Shown: positions 48,601 to 55,745 of the stretch, in pieces | Numbering within the stretch: the stretch's first letter is position 1 | Layout: each line of letters opens with the position of its first letter | NCBI RefSeq assembly: GCF_015706575.1 | Contig: NW_024037060.1 | Coordinates: 1,009,983 to 1,073,982 of the forward strand | Source of the DNA: Patiria miniata | Taxonomy: Eukaryota | Length of the DNA: 64,000 bases | Direction of reading: 5' to 3' | The notes under the pieces: model-generated | Database searches by the model: none | Told to the model about the DNA's origin: nothing | The model's input: only the letters and a program-made list of their open reading frames with translations | Position numbers and translations under genes: made by a program

Positions 48601-48890
48601 GTCTTTATTCAAGGACGCTTGTCAGAAGCCATACACTTTTAGTCAATTTCATTGTCCAAATTTTAAAAAAAATTATAGATTTTTATCATAGATTCCTATT
48701 TGTCTTGAATGTTGAGAATGACTGATGTTTATAATTTTGTATCTTTCAGGTGGGACAGTTTTACTGCAAGGCTCCCGTTACTACGGTAACTGCATCCCCG
48801 GCCCCAGACAGCACGGAGCTCATATGCGGAGACAAACTGGGGAACGTCTACTTCCTGGAGTGGCGCAGCAAATCTGTAGAGAAATTCTAA
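14903..48890 (+). CDS. TEP1: Gene-level span of TEP1 (telomerase-associated protein 1 / vault protein) ortholog: 48 coding exons, 2708 aa; TROVE, DUF4062, NACHT and a WD40 array
   Basis: Exon peptides align block by block with recalled human TEP1 (e.g. [30 protein letters not shown]; [22 protein letters not shown]; [17 protein letters not shown]; GNVYFLEW at C-term). All splice phases consistent; total CDS 8127 nt. Confidence 0.88.
16718..16852 (+). CDS. TEP1: TEP1 exon 2 (TROVE N-terminal part)
   Basis: acceptor ttgacag|, donor AAG|gtttgt; [27 protein letters not shown] (cf. human LLSLLCSTLV..LEPEFILK); phase 0. Confidence 0.8.
17190..17354 (+). CDS. TEP1: TEP1 exon 3 (TROVE)
   Basis: acceptor tgtgcacag|, donor CTT|gtaagc; [54 protein letters not shown] (cf. 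human ASLYARQQLNVRNVANNILAIAA..LPSDWIQVAELY). Confidence 0.88.
18376..18472 (+). CDS. TEP1: TEP1 exon 4 (TROVE)
   Basis: acceptor ttcctgcag|, donor G|gtaagt; [32 protein letters not shown] (cf. human LPACLRTAMTDKFAQFDEYQL). Confidence 0.85.
18776..19109 (+). CDS. TEP1: TEP1 exon 5 (Lys-rich basic stretch then acidic stretch)
   Basis: acceptor tctttatgaag|, donor AA|gtaagt; [62 protein letters not shown] (cf. human KYNPRKHRAKRHPRRPP..KKLVQRLHIHKP). Confidence 0.82.
19789..19946 (+). CDS. TEP1: TEP1 exon 6 (TROVE)
   Basis: acceptor ttctccag|, donor G|gtgggt; [52 protein letters not shown] (cf. human [39 protein letters not shown]). Confidence 0.9.
20426..20635 (+). CDS. TEP1: TEP1 exon 7 (TROVE)
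   Basis: acceptor ttattgcag|, weak donor G|gttgat; [60 protein letters not shown] (cf. human [40 protein letters not shown]). Confidence 0.85.
21225..21396 (+). CDS. TEP1: TEP1 exon 8: Gly-Arg dipeptide repeat (RG-box-like) insertion
   Basis: acceptor ttttttccctacag|, donor AC|gtgagt; [57 protein letters not shown]; required for phase continuity between exons 7 and 9/10. Confidence 0.7.
21955..22123 (+). CDS. TEP1: TEP1 exon 9 (vWA-like part of TROVE module)
   Basis: acceptor ttttaaatatag|, donor AAG|gtacag; [42 protein letters not shown] (cf. human EMLNRYRQALETAVNLSVKHSLPLLPGRTVLVYLTD). Confidence 0.85.
22833..22985 (+). CDS. TEP1: TEP1 exon 10
   Basis: acceptor ttttctcctag|, donor AAG|gtaatt; [51 protein letters not shown] (cf. 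human YALLLIGMMITRAEQVDVVLCGGD..EGILKTAIKL); larger antisense ORF judged spurious. Confidence 0.78.
23300..23645. repeat. Long near-perfect palindrome (arms ~150 bp, centre ~23468) in TEP1 intron 10
   Basis: ..gaaaagaaccggagggactcaacgtttcgaacagtatgctctgcc..ccaacgatgatgcgatg ATCAGC attccaacatcgcatcattgttgg..ggcagagcatactgttcgaaacgttgagtccctccggttctttt..; outer arms also match. Confidence 0.85.
23870..24108 (+). CDS. TEP1: TEP1 exon 11
   Basis: acceptor acttcacag|, donor TG|gtaaga; [74 protein letters not shown]. Confidence 0.82.
25163..25319 (+). CDS. TEP1: TEP1 exon 12
   Basis: acceptor aaccctgaag|, donor CAG|gtatgt; [52 protein letters not shown] (cf. human PNDVTLSGCTDAILKFIAEHGASHLLEHVGQMDKIF). 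Confidence 0.85.
25996..26084 (+). CDS. TEP1: TEP1 exon 13 (linker before DUF4062)
   Basis: acceptor ttctactcag|, donor AG|gtcaga; [29 protein letters not shown] (cf. human EEDTPSPLAPVSQQG). Confidence 0.78.
26594..26770 (+). CDS. TEP1: TEP1 exon 14 (DUF4062, N-terminal half)
   Basis: acceptor ttgcttgttag|, donor CAG|gtaggt; [58 protein letters not shown], near-identical motif to human TEP1 [37 protein letters not shown]. Confidence 0.92.
27231..27473 (+). CDS. TEP1: TEP1 exon 15 (DUF4062, C-terminal half)
   Basis: acceptor cttacttacag|, donor GC|gtaagt; [59 protein letters not shown] (cf. human [42 protein letters not shown]). Confidence 0.9.
28234..28347 (+). CDS. TEP1: TEP1 exon 16
   Basis: acceptor cttcatttttcag|, donor GG|gtaaga; [37 protein letters not shown] (cf. 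human [29 protein letters not shown]). Confidence 0.8.
28889..29009 (+). CDS. TEP1: TEP1 exon 17
   Basis: acceptor ctctctttccag|, donor GAG|gtaaac; [40 protein letters not shown] (cf. human [37 protein letters not shown]). Confidence 0.85.
29440..29622 (+). CDS. TEP1: TEP1 exon 18 (NACHT Walker A / P-loop)
   Basis: acceptor tgaatcatccag|, donor ACA|gtaagg; [61 protein letters not shown]; P-loop GKSGCGKT. Confidence 0.9.
29688..29990. repeat. 10-bp microsatellite (ATGACATTGT/TACATTGTAT)n, ~30 units, in TEP1 intron 18
   Basis: direct tandem repeats; spurious - strand [13 protein letters not shown].. is a repeat artefact. Confidence 0.9.
30338..30513 (+). CDS. TEP1: TEP1 exon 19 (NACHT)
   Basis: acceptor tttcctcccag|, donor AA|gtgagt; [58 protein letters not shown] (cf. 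human FLASLVSAL..APLVFFHFSGARPDQGLALTLLRRLC). Confidence 0.88.
30692..30842 (+). CDS. TEP1: TEP1 exon 20 (NACHT Walker B)
   Basis: acceptor tctaattacag|, donor AAG|gtagaa; [50 protein letters not shown]; Walker-B hhhhDG (LVIFLDGLD; cf. human VLIIDGADRL). Confidence 0.88.
31391..31567 (+). CDS. TEP1: TEP1 exon 21 (NACHT); followed by a GC-AG intron
   Basis: acceptor cccccaccag|; non-canonical donor CAG|gcaaga (GC-AG class); [59 protein letters not shown] matches human GPLEASARARLVREELALYGKRLEESPFNNQ across the junction. Confidence 0.75.
31615..31800 (-). mobile_element. tRNA-derived SINE in TEP1 intron 21 (tRNA-like head on minus strand)
   Basis: minus-strand read GCTCGGTAGTCGAGTGGTAAGACATCTGCACTAGAAAGCAGGAGGTCGTGGGTTCGAGTCCCACA + non-tRNA tail; related partial copy at 59340-59480 (+). 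Confidence 0.65.
32307..32399 (+). CDS. TEP1: TEP1 exon 22
   Basis: acceptor ctctttgcag|, donor CAG|gtaatt; [31 protein letters not shown] (human MRLLLVKRESGRPLYLRLVTDHLRLFTLYEQ). Confidence 0.9.
32590..33000. repeat. 11-12 bp minisatellite (TGATTTGACTTG / TGATTGACTTG)n in TEP1 intron 22; short recurrence 33250-33320 in intron 23
   Basis: direct tandem units visible; spurious ORFs 32593-32886(-) and 32886-33098(-) are repeat artefacts. Confidence 0.9.
33018..33150 (+). CDS. TEP1: TEP1 exon 23
   Basis: acceptor tgattgaccag|, donor G|gtaagt; [44 protein letters not shown] (human VSERLRTLPATVPLLLQHILSTLEKEHGPDVLPQALTALEVTRSG). Confidence 0.88.
33494..33674 (+). CDS. TEP1: TEP1 exon 24
   Basis: acceptor ggatttatccag|, donor AG|gtaaga; [60 protein letters not shown]. 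Confidence 0.82.
33933..34042 (+). CDS. TEP1: TEP1 exon 25
   Basis: acceptor tgtttttcacag|, donor G|gttagt; [37 protein letters not shown]; phase joins directly to exon 26. Confidence 0.78.
34605..34885 (+). CDS. TEP1: TEP1 exon 26
   Basis: acceptor tttcattgtag|, donor CAG|gtgggt; [76 protein letters not shown] (human RSCPPEALGDLPYHLLQSGNRGLLSKFLTNLHVVAAHLELGL). Confidence 0.82.
35320..35541 (+). CDS. TEP1: TEP1 exon 27 (start of WD40 region)
   Basis: acceptor tctgtttacag|, donor CAG|gtgaat; [46 protein letters not shown] (human FRTFLRQQASILSQYPRLLPQQAANQPLDSPLC). Confidence 0.85.
36256..36351 (+). CDS. TEP1: TEP1 exon 28 (WD40)
   Basis: acceptor ttttattgcag|, donor AAG|gtaaga; [32 protein letters not shown]. 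Confidence 0.85.
36994..37118 (+). CDS. TEP1: TEP1 exon 29 (WD40)
   Basis: acceptor ttttcaccag|, donor AG|gtacgt; [41 protein letters not shown]. Confidence 0.85.
37512..37767 (+). CDS. TEP1: TEP1 exon 30 (WD40)
   Basis: acceptor gatgtaatag|, donor GGG|gtgagt; [78 protein letters not shown] (human [24 protein letters not shown]). Confidence 0.88.
37770..38170. repeat. C/A-rich low-complexity tract (degenerate CCCCAA / CCCAAC / CCCTAA-like) in TEP1 intron 30
   Basis: ccccatcccccaaccgcaacccccacccaacccccaaccccaatcccaacc...ccaaccctaacccaacc. Confidence 0.8.
38287..38406 (+). CDS. TEP1: TEP1 exon 31 (WD40)
   Basis: acceptor ttttgtag|, donor CAG|gtatgt; [40 protein letters not shown]. Confidence 0.88.
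38707..38805 (+). CDS. TEP1: TEP1 exon 32 (WD40)
   Basis: acceptor caaccaatcag|, donor AAG|gtaagg; [33 protein letters not shown]. Confidence 0.85.
39211..39474 (+). CDS. TEP1: TEP1 exon 33 (WD40)
   Basis: acceptor ctttaaattccag|, donor ATG|gtgagt; [61 protein letters not shown] (human VQVWSGSLGRPRGHLGSLSLSPALSVALSPDGDRVAVGYRADGIRIY). Confidence 0.9.
40322..40488 (+). CDS. TEP1: TEP1 exon 34 (WD40)
   Basis: acceptor ataaaccccag|, donor AC|gtaagt; [55 protein letters not shown]. Confidence 0.82.
40835..40937 (+). CDS. TEP1: TEP1 exon 35 (WD40)
   Basis: acceptor tttcttgcacag|, donor GCG|gtaaga; [34 protein letters not shown] (human GHEGPVSCCSFSTDGGSLATGGRD). Confidence 0.85.
41353..41490 (+). 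CDS. TEP1: TEP1 exon 36 (WD40)
   Basis: acceptor ttcgttgtacag|, donor CTG|gtaagt; [46 protein letters not shown] (human FPACHRDWVTGCAWTKDNLL). Confidence 0.88.
41443..41716 (+). repeat. Three tandem copies (~107 bp) of the 3' 47 nt of TEP1 exon 36 plus its GTAAGT donor and intron start; copies 2-3 are intronic pseudo-donors
   Basis: cataaggactggatcactgc(a/t)ctatgctggtctgatagcaatgatttcctg|gtaag.. at 41443, 41552 and 41661. Confidence 0.85.
41720..42190. repeat. 11-bp minisatellite (CATCACAAGTC-like) plus ~170-bp internal duplication in TEP1 intron 36
   Basis: caagtccatcacaagtcctcactagtccatcgctagtccatcac.. repeated; 41930-42000 and 42100-42180 near-identical. Confidence 0.8.
42338..42445 (+). 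CDS. TEP1: TEP1 exon 37 (WD40)
   Basis: acceptor ccttttgatag|, donor AGT|gtaagc; [36 protein letters not shown] (human ISCSSDGSVGLWDPESGQRLGQFLGHQSAVSAVAAV). Confidence 0.88.
43041..43179 (+). CDS. TEP1: TEP1 exon 38 (WD40)
   Basis: acceptor ccccattttag|, donor GAGA|gtaagt; [46 protein letters not shown] (human VVSVSRDGTLKVWDHQGVELTSIPAHSGPISHC); frame differs from the long + ORF 42724-43203. Confidence 0.82.
43720..43913 (+). CDS. TEP1: TEP1 exon 39 (WD40)
   Basis: acceptor gtaatacag|, donor CAG|gttagt; [64 protein letters not shown]. Confidence 0.82.
44210..44329 (+). CDS. TEP1: TEP1 exon 40 (WD40)
   Basis: acceptor tgtctccag|, donor AAG|gtaaca; [40 protein letters not shown] (human THTLLGHSGPVRAAAVSETSGLMLTASEDGSVRLWQVPK). 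Confidence 0.88.
44456..44547 (+). CDS. TEP1: TEP1 exon 41 (WD40)
   Basis: acceptor tttttccttacag|, donor CG|gtacgt; [30 protein letters not shown]. Confidence 0.82.
45059..45140 (+). CDS. TEP1: TEP1 exon 42 (WD40)
   Basis: acceptor ttattttgtgcag|, donor AAG|gtaaca; [27 protein letters not shown] (human GNQAGELILWQEAKAV). Confidence 0.8.
45471..45601 (+). CDS. TEP1: TEP1 exon 43 (WD40)
   Basis: acceptor tttttctttgcag|, donor CA|gtgagt; [43 protein letters not shown]. Confidence 0.82.
45826..45981 (+). CDS. TEP1: TEP1 exon 44
   Basis: acceptor tgtgtttcctcag|, donor AG|gtaatc; [51 protein letters not shown]. Confidence 0.8.
46572..46677 (+). CDS. TEP1: TEP1 exon 45
   Basis: acceptor ttgtttcttcag|, donor CTG|gtacgt; [35 protein letters not shown]. 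Confidence 0.8.
47213..47449 (+). CDS. TEP1: TEP1 exon 46
   Basis: acceptor tttcttcttcag|, donor AAG|gtatgc; [79 protein letters not shown]. Confidence 0.82.
48045..48149 (+). CDS. TEP1: TEP1 exon 47 (WD40)
   Basis: acceptor ttcttcaaaacag|, donor CAG|gtacgg; [35 protein letters not shown] (human SVTALHVLPELLVTASKDRDVKLWERPSMQ). Confidence 0.88.
48258..48570. mobile_element. SINE-like dispersed repeat in TEP1 intron 47; inverted copy at 61690-61900
   Basis: 48400-48460 ggtgaccgttagaggctaaggttctttccaagtgtcccaaccattttggccgggattgtaagtgc is reverse-complement of 61690-61760; tRNA-like T-loop GTTCAAACCCCGC at 48500-48560. Confidence 0.65.
48750..48890 (+). CDS. TEP1: TEP1 exon 48 (last coding exon, stop TAA)
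   Basis: acceptor gtatctttcag|; [46 protein letters not shown] (human LQLAVGDVQGNVYFLNWE*); possible ATTAAA polyA signals at ~48889 and ~49003. Confidence 0.88.
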   Translation: MGQFYCKAPVTTVTASPAPDSTELICGDKLGNVYFLEWRSKSVEKF

Positions 48891-50404
48891 ATTAAAGAAG
48901 ATATATAGTGTGTCATGCTTAAAACTTTATTGATGATTTGAAACTTTGAGATTTATGTTCACATAGTAGGTAGGCAACAGTGCCAACGTTTAATTATTGA
49001 GGTATTAAATGGAAAAAAAAATATTGCAAATACTTACTGAGTTTAAAGATAACTCTAAAAGTATCAAATGTTCTGAGTGTGTATCTTGTACCGCATGCTA
49101 TAAGTTTCATGGAAACAAAAATATTCAAGTTTGTATTATTAAGTAGATTATGATATTTTTTTTCTTCAAAATTTGCTTTCCCGAAAGAAAAGAAGTAGTA
49201 TTCTGGGTTTGTTTGGAATAGATTGAAAAATGAGTTTATCTAAAACTGTTGGTAAAGCAAAGAATGTTGGCAATTTTTGAGTCTAATATTTATTGCCAAA
49301 ATGTTCAAACAGCTAACTGTGTACAATGTGAAAATTTATTAAGATCATTTTATCATACACTGTGTAACAAATGCAAGGAATTTCTAATGTAAAAAAGTTT
49401 AGGTAAGAAAGCGCACATTACTTTGTCATAATGCAATGTCAATCAGTTATCTTGGGAATAATGTACAAGATTCCAATATTTTTTGGAGTTTGGGTTTGTT
49501 TCAAGGTTTGTTGTCACAAAATTTTTAATTTTTTTTATTTGATTGGATATAATAGCTAGAATTAAAGAAAAGTGTATTTCAGAGCAGAGAAAATGTGTTT
49601 GGAGTTGAGCGTTTTATACCGCTCCACAAGGTTAATAAATATTACAAATTCTACCAAGATACCTAGATAAAGAACCGTGTTGAATGTAATTTTATCGAGA
49701 TTGTAAGAAAGCACTAACAATTGAGAAATCACTGATCATGTGTTTGGGAATAATGAGTAAACTCGGATTCTCGGTATATTTTAAGAATAGTTAGGTCGTT
49801 GAACAGAATAAGAACCAACCCAAATACGTGATATAATATGTCTTCTGTATGTTAAATACGGTCTCTTTCCTTTTTCTGAATTTCATATTTTTGTGAGGTT
49901 TGTCACAATAGTGTATTAACCCGTTAAGTATTATCATTGTCTGAATAAAAATATTGGAGGGAAGAAACGAAACGCATTTTCAATAAGGTGGTCGTGGGAA
50001 ATATTTTTGTATAATCTTTGTATAATTCTGGCATATTACTTTATAGCTTGTATTTTAGTCTGAAATATTACTTATGAAGTGTAGATGGATATAAGAGATC
50101 GCTATAACAATTTTATTCAAAAGAAACTACTTTTATTTCACTCTGTTGTCTCAGATGATCGCAATGTTGTTGCAATTCTATTAATAAAAAATTGATTAAG
50201 AGCCACTTTTGTCCGAGGTAGCTATTCATTTAGATTTGAGATTTCCTGTCTTGTTGGCAAAAACGTTGAAGTTTTCGAATGTTGTTGAGTGAACACATTT
50301 AAAGTTTCAGCCCTGCGTGTTATTAAATTAAAACAATGAATGCAGTTTACCTTATAAAAAGGTTTATAAATATCAATTATGTTTTAAATTCTATCTTTGG
50401 ATTG

Positions 50405-50595
50405 ATTGTGGGGCTGTTCCCAGCTACAGTGCTATACTGGGTCAACCCATGGTCAGGGAAGCAAGCTTCGCCAAGACCCGGTTACAAAAATCGCGTGAAT
50501 AACATCGCAGCTGCGCTGTGGCAACTGCCGTCAGATGTTAAGCTGACGAGAACAGATACTCTCACATGATCTTAGCCAGGAGACCGAGAAGCGAT
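50405..50595 (-). ncRNA. U2: U2 snRNA-like gene, copy A (in ~1.4 kb tandem unit)
   Basis: minus-strand read ATCGCTTCTCGGTCTCCTGGCTAAGATCATGTGAGAGTATCTGTTCTCGTCAGCTTAACATCTGA..GAGATTTTTGTAACC (Sm site); TATA box ctatataaagg ~30 bp upstream (+strand 50625-50635). Confidence 0.75.
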
Positions 50596-51819
50596 ACCCT
50601 GAAATGTGTTCTGCTCCCCTTTATATAGGGACAGACGAGGCAAAACGTCCGGTAACCGCAAGCACGCAACTGTAAAACGTTGAGTCAACGATCGTTCGTA
50701 GACGTCATAGCATGGTTCTAAAACGTTTTGTTTGTGGGCGTCTTCACACTTTTGACATGACACGGGTGAATGATTGAACACTAAGGTAGGTCAAATACTT
50801 TGTGACATGCGAGGAATTTCTAAAAAATCAACAACAACAAAACTTCAGGTAACAAAGATCAAGTAACAAAGCTCACATTGTGGGAGCAACTATGTACAGT
50901 TGCAATATTTGTTGCAATGTGTCTGGGTTAGTTCAAGGCTTGCTCAGGCTGCCACAAATTTTAGAATTGTTTTGATTCGATTGTTGGATATAATAGCTAT
51001 AATTAAAGAACAGAGTATTTCAGAGAAAATATTTTCAGGGATAGGAATTATAATACATTCTAGCAAGATATAGATAAAGAATCATGTTGAATGTAATCAT
51101 GGTTTTTTTTTTTAAATTGTAAGGAAGCACCACAAATTGATAAATCTACAGGACTATATCATGATCATGTCTTGGAGAATAATGAGTAAATTTTGTGAAT
51201 CAGATTCTCGGTGCATGTTAAGGATAGTTTGGTTTAACAAAATAAAACCCACCTTAAGTGAAATAAGTTAACTTCTGCATTTACTTTGTCGCTTCCCTGT
51301 TTCTGAATTTCTTATTTTTCCGGGTGTTCGCTCATAATACTCATTTTCGGAATGAAATATGAGGAAAGAGGAGTGCATTTTCACTAAGGCTGTCATTATG
51401 GAGTATATTTTGTATAATCTTTGTAAAATTCTGGCATATAACTTCATAGCTTGTATACGAAGTGTAGATTGATGTAATTAGATTTCTCTATCGAGATTTT
51501 TGTTCAAAAGAAAATGTACTGTTATTTCATTATGTTGTCTTTTGATGATGATTGCAATCATGTAGTGGTAATTGTATTGATGATTTTTTAAAGACCGGTG
51601 AACAGCGTGTTTTTCGGAGGGATTCATTTAGATTTTAAGTTTTGTCTTGGCCAGAATGTGAAGATGCTGAAAGAACACATTTAGAGAAATTATAGGACTT
51701 TCTTAAGTTCATGCATCCTATTTTGAAAAGAAAATTTAAAAAGTTCATTAGGTTTTGTTTTATGAAAACAATATATATAATTCTTCGGTTATTTTCGTAT
51801 TCTATCTTTGGATTGATTG

Positions 51820-52008
51820 TGTGGGCTGTTCCCAGCTACAGTGCTATACTGGGTCAACCCATGGTCAGGGAAGCAAGCTTCGCCAAGACCCGGTTACAAA
51901 AATCTCGTGAATAACATCGCAGCTGCGCTGTGGCAACTGCCGTCAGATGTTAAGCTGACGAGAACAGATACTCTCACATGATCTTAGCCAGGAAGGCCGA
52001 GAAGCGAT
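51820..52008 (-). ncRNA. U2: U2 snRNA-like gene, copy B (second tandem unit)
   Basis: minus-strand read ATCGCTTCTCGGCCTTCCTGGCTAAGATCATGTGAGAGTATCTGTTCTCGTCAGC..; TATA ctatataaagg upstream (+strand ~52035-52045); flanks ~90% identical to copy A. Confidence 0.75.
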
Positions 52009-53378
52009 GCCCTAAAATGAGTTCTGCTCCCCTTTATATAGGGACAGACGAGACAAAACGTCTGGTAAACGTAAGCACGCACCGCGACGTTGAGTCAACG
52101 ATTGTTCGTATAGTGACGTCATTGTGCGCTTCAGAAACATTTTGTTTGTGGGCGTCACCATCCCGTAATCCTCTGACGTATGACGCGGGTGACAGAATAC
52201 GTAATGAGGATGCAAGCTTCGCTGATGCAACATAACACACTACCAAACGATTGTTCTGTTGATGTATGAAATAATTCAAGTTACTTCCGACTTATTATAT
52301 TCCGAAAGTGACTTTCGACAGCACCCCAATTTTGTGTATTACATGTATATGCGCACCTCAGTAAATGATACATTACAAGCGTAAACAACTGAAGCAAAGT
52401 TGACTCATCATCATCTTGGCTTGTCTTTTGGAAACGTCGCCTATAAGTCGAAAACTTTGCCTGTCGTCAGCAAGTATTCCTGCCTCCGTCACGGTCTCAT
52501 TCCCAATCTTTGGGCATGTTCCCATCTCCATGTTGGGCTCCGGTCAGTCTTCGCTTTCATTTTAGCCTTGCCTCCAAGATATGTCTCTCTTATAGTAGTC
52601 ATAGCGCTTCAAAATTAATGACCAATATTCTGGAGTTCAATTTGATGGTATATTCAACACCCAGTCAGGTTTAAGTTCTTTATTAGCAGTGTGTCCTCAC
52701 GTCTTCGATGGTATTCCGATCATCTATGTACAGCAATTCATTTCAAAAGTTCTGATTTTTGTTGGTCATTTTCTGCTTGTTGTAATTTAGAGATCCAACT
52801 CCAACTTATCTAGATAGTCAAAGTTCAACCAACCTGTCTGTAGCCATCCTGTCCGGTTAATAATAAACAGTGAATAATTATACAGCTTGTAACAAATGTG
52901 GTTTCGGGTCACTTCTGACATTTCCACTATCTGCTCACTAACTCACATTGTCACAACGGCAACGACGAAAAGATCTACTTTTTGTGATTTTTTTAAATTT
53001 ACTTTTTGAGTGTAATTATCGCATAATTCGGCACAAGGTAATATTATCTTCAATTATTCCCAAATTAAAGCCAAAGAAAATTAAAGGTTGAAAATTGAAT
53101 ATGCGTCTGTTTGATCTCAATATGTTGAAGAAATGTCATGGCAAAAAAAAAAAATTAAACTGAATGTTGGTGATAAATGTCCGTTGAAAATTATGAAATG
53201 CGTTTCGTTAAAAAAAAATTCAAGGTAGTTTGCACTTACGGTACAATGGGTCATCGCATCCGACGCGTGCTCGTTGCGTCAGCTTAAAACGTTCAACCCA
53301 CGTCTGTATCTGTATCGTTGACAAAACGTTTAGGTCCCAAAATTCTCTATAAAAGATCGAGCAGAACCGTTCCATAGC

Positions 53379-53567
53379 ATCGCTTCTCGGCCTTCGTGGC
53401 TAAGATCATGTGAGAGTATCTGTTCTCGTCAGCTTAACATCTGACGGTAGTTGCCACAGCGCAGCTGCGATGTTATTCACGAGATTTTTGTAACCGGGTC
53501 TTGGCGAAGCTTGCTTCCCTGACCATGGGTTGACCCAGTATAGCACTGTAGCTGGGAACAGCCCCAC
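53379..53567 (+). ncRNA. U2: U2 snRNA-like gene, copy C (inverted relative to A/B)
   Basis: ATCGCTTCTCGGCCTTCGTGGCTAAGATCATGTGAGAGTATCTGTTCTCGTCAGCTTAACATCTGACGG..CACGAGATTTTTGTAACCGGG; TATA ctctataaaag at 53345-53355; shared 3' flank AATCAATCCAAAGATAGAA (3'-box candidate). Confidence 0.75.
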
Positions 53568-55243
53568 AATCAATCCAAAGATAGAATCTGAAAATAAGGG
53601 AAGAATTATATATATACTTTTCATAAACAAAACCTAATGAACTGTTTAAATTTTCCTTTCAAACTTGGATGCATGAATTTGAGATGCATGAAATGTGTTC
53701 TTTCAGCATCGTTCATATTCAGGCCAACAAAGAAAACAACAGCCCCCACAATCAATCCAAAGACAGATCTTGAACACTTTTTGAAACAGATTCAACCCTA
53801 ATAGAGCCGCTTTATATGGGAATTGGTTTTTAGGTATTTGGCTTTAGACAGGAAAGAAATAGGAGACATTGACCGGAGATATCTACCAAGTTGACGTTTA
53901 GTTGTTGAGTAATTGCTTAACGAATTTCGAATTATTTGTGACCCGACAGTAACTCATCCGCATATTTTTTTTTGGATGCTTTTGAAGAGCAATAGCTACA
54001 CAAAGTTAAACAATTTAATATTGCAGGCGTCGAAACAGAAAAAGAAGGTGTTTTTCTAATTAAAATATACAAAACGTGAATACTTGTTTAAAGAGCAACT
54101 TTTCTGCCAACCATATGATTTCATGCTTATTTTGTACTATCATTAAAATATCTGACATTTAAGTATAACATTTGAAGGAATTGATTTCCAGTGGATATAT
54201 ATTTTTTTCTTTGTAGTTCAGTAAACAGTTTTGAAGTTTCACAAAATTTGTCACATACGTTCTACAAAAGAAAATCCAATTAATCATAATTCAAATAATC
54301 AAAAAACACTTCTCAACATTTTACCAAAGGATTACGTCAAACTGCCTTGTAACTTGTTTACATTTAATTCAATGGCATAATGCAGAAATTTTGGAATGAC
54401 AAGAAATTGGACAAAAATATAATACTTGTTTGGAATTTATAAAATATATGAATAAGATATATAGTCATTGAATATGAATAAGATATACAGTCATTGAAAT
54501 TCCAGCATTTCCAATTTAAAGCATTATACACATTAATAATGAAAAATAATTTAACAAAATTATGCCCTCAATATTACTCTTTGGTTGGGACTTAGTACGC
54601 GGGAATACAAGGTTAATACGAGTTTTCAAAGATTGTCAGTCGCCCACATGTCCACTAATTATGGGGGGGGGGGGACACGTATTTTTACATTAGATAATGC
54701 TGCATTAAACTTGATATACTACAAACTACAAGGTCTACGAGGTTATATAAAAGTAATACTGTCAAAACGTGGGAATGATCGAGTCACTCCAATTCAAAAG
54801 TTAAATCAAATTATAACTCCTTAATACTGTATGCAGATTTGTTTTGTGCAACATCTCACTGGCAAGCACATAAATATATTTGATAAGAGAAACTTGTGAT
54901 GATTAAAAAAAACTTCTTGCCAGAAAAAACATTGACCATGAGGCCACAGTGTTTGGAAGGGCTCTGGAGAATAATACAAATGTTTAAATATGTGATCATT
55001 AATAGAATATCCGAGTATAGCATTTATTTATTTTTGCCTCTAATATTCGAAAAATGTGAGTGGTCTGGAGAAAAAAATCAATGTGTTGTTTTAGTCCAAG
55101 TATTGTAGTTGTGCGATTTTTTGTTTGTCAGAAGCCAATGTTGCGCATGATTGCAGAGCTGCATGAGATATAATTACCTCAAATTTCTTCTTTTAAAATT
55201 GGTGAAATATCAGTCATTTTGCCACCTTTTTAAACATAATTTT

Positions 55244-55571
55244 AATCAAGGGCGGATCCAGGGGGGCCAAAGGGGGCCATGCCCCCCCCCCCAAAAAAAA
55301 CAACAACCCGAAACCAATTTTTTTTTTTTTTATGTGACATCGCAATAAAGGCAGGCAATGAGTACACCACCATCTTTTCCTCAAAAAAACGTTGGTTAAA
55401 GTGGTCAGAAATTGCCTCAGATCGCACCACAGAGCATCTAGAATCCAACATTTTTTCGGGGCCCTTAAGCGGGCCCCGAACCCCACGCCGTAATTTTTTT
55501 GACCCACTTTTTGGGGGGACCAAATTTTTTTTTGGCCCCCCAAAAAATTGTGTTCTAGATCTGCCCTTGAT
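55244..55571. mobile_element. MITE with TIR AATCAAGGGC(G/A)GATC and G/C-homopolymer interior, just 3' of DIRC2 stop
   Basis: aatcaagggcggatcc (55244-55259) vs gatctgcccttgatt (55557-55571) inverted; interior gggggggcc/ccccccccc runs. Confidence 0.6.
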
Positions 55572-55745
55572 TTTAATAAGCTCTTTGTCAATTATTAACA
55601 AATGCAGGCGCATACAAATCCGGATCTGCAGCCTGTTTAGGCCGGTGCACATTAAGTTTGATCAGCTCATTACGAATATTTGTCCCATTTAGAATAATCG
55701 AACTCTAAATTATTTCAAAATGCGCAGCCTTCGAAGAATACTTTA

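Larger units (their letters stand above)
49480..52300. repeat. Two ~1.41-kb tandem repeat units each carrying one U2-like gene with promoter
   Basis: flanks of U2 copy A and B align at constant ~1413-bp offset (e.g. gattggatataatagcta.aattaaagaa.ag.gtatttcagag at ~49545 and ~50965). Confidence 0.75.
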
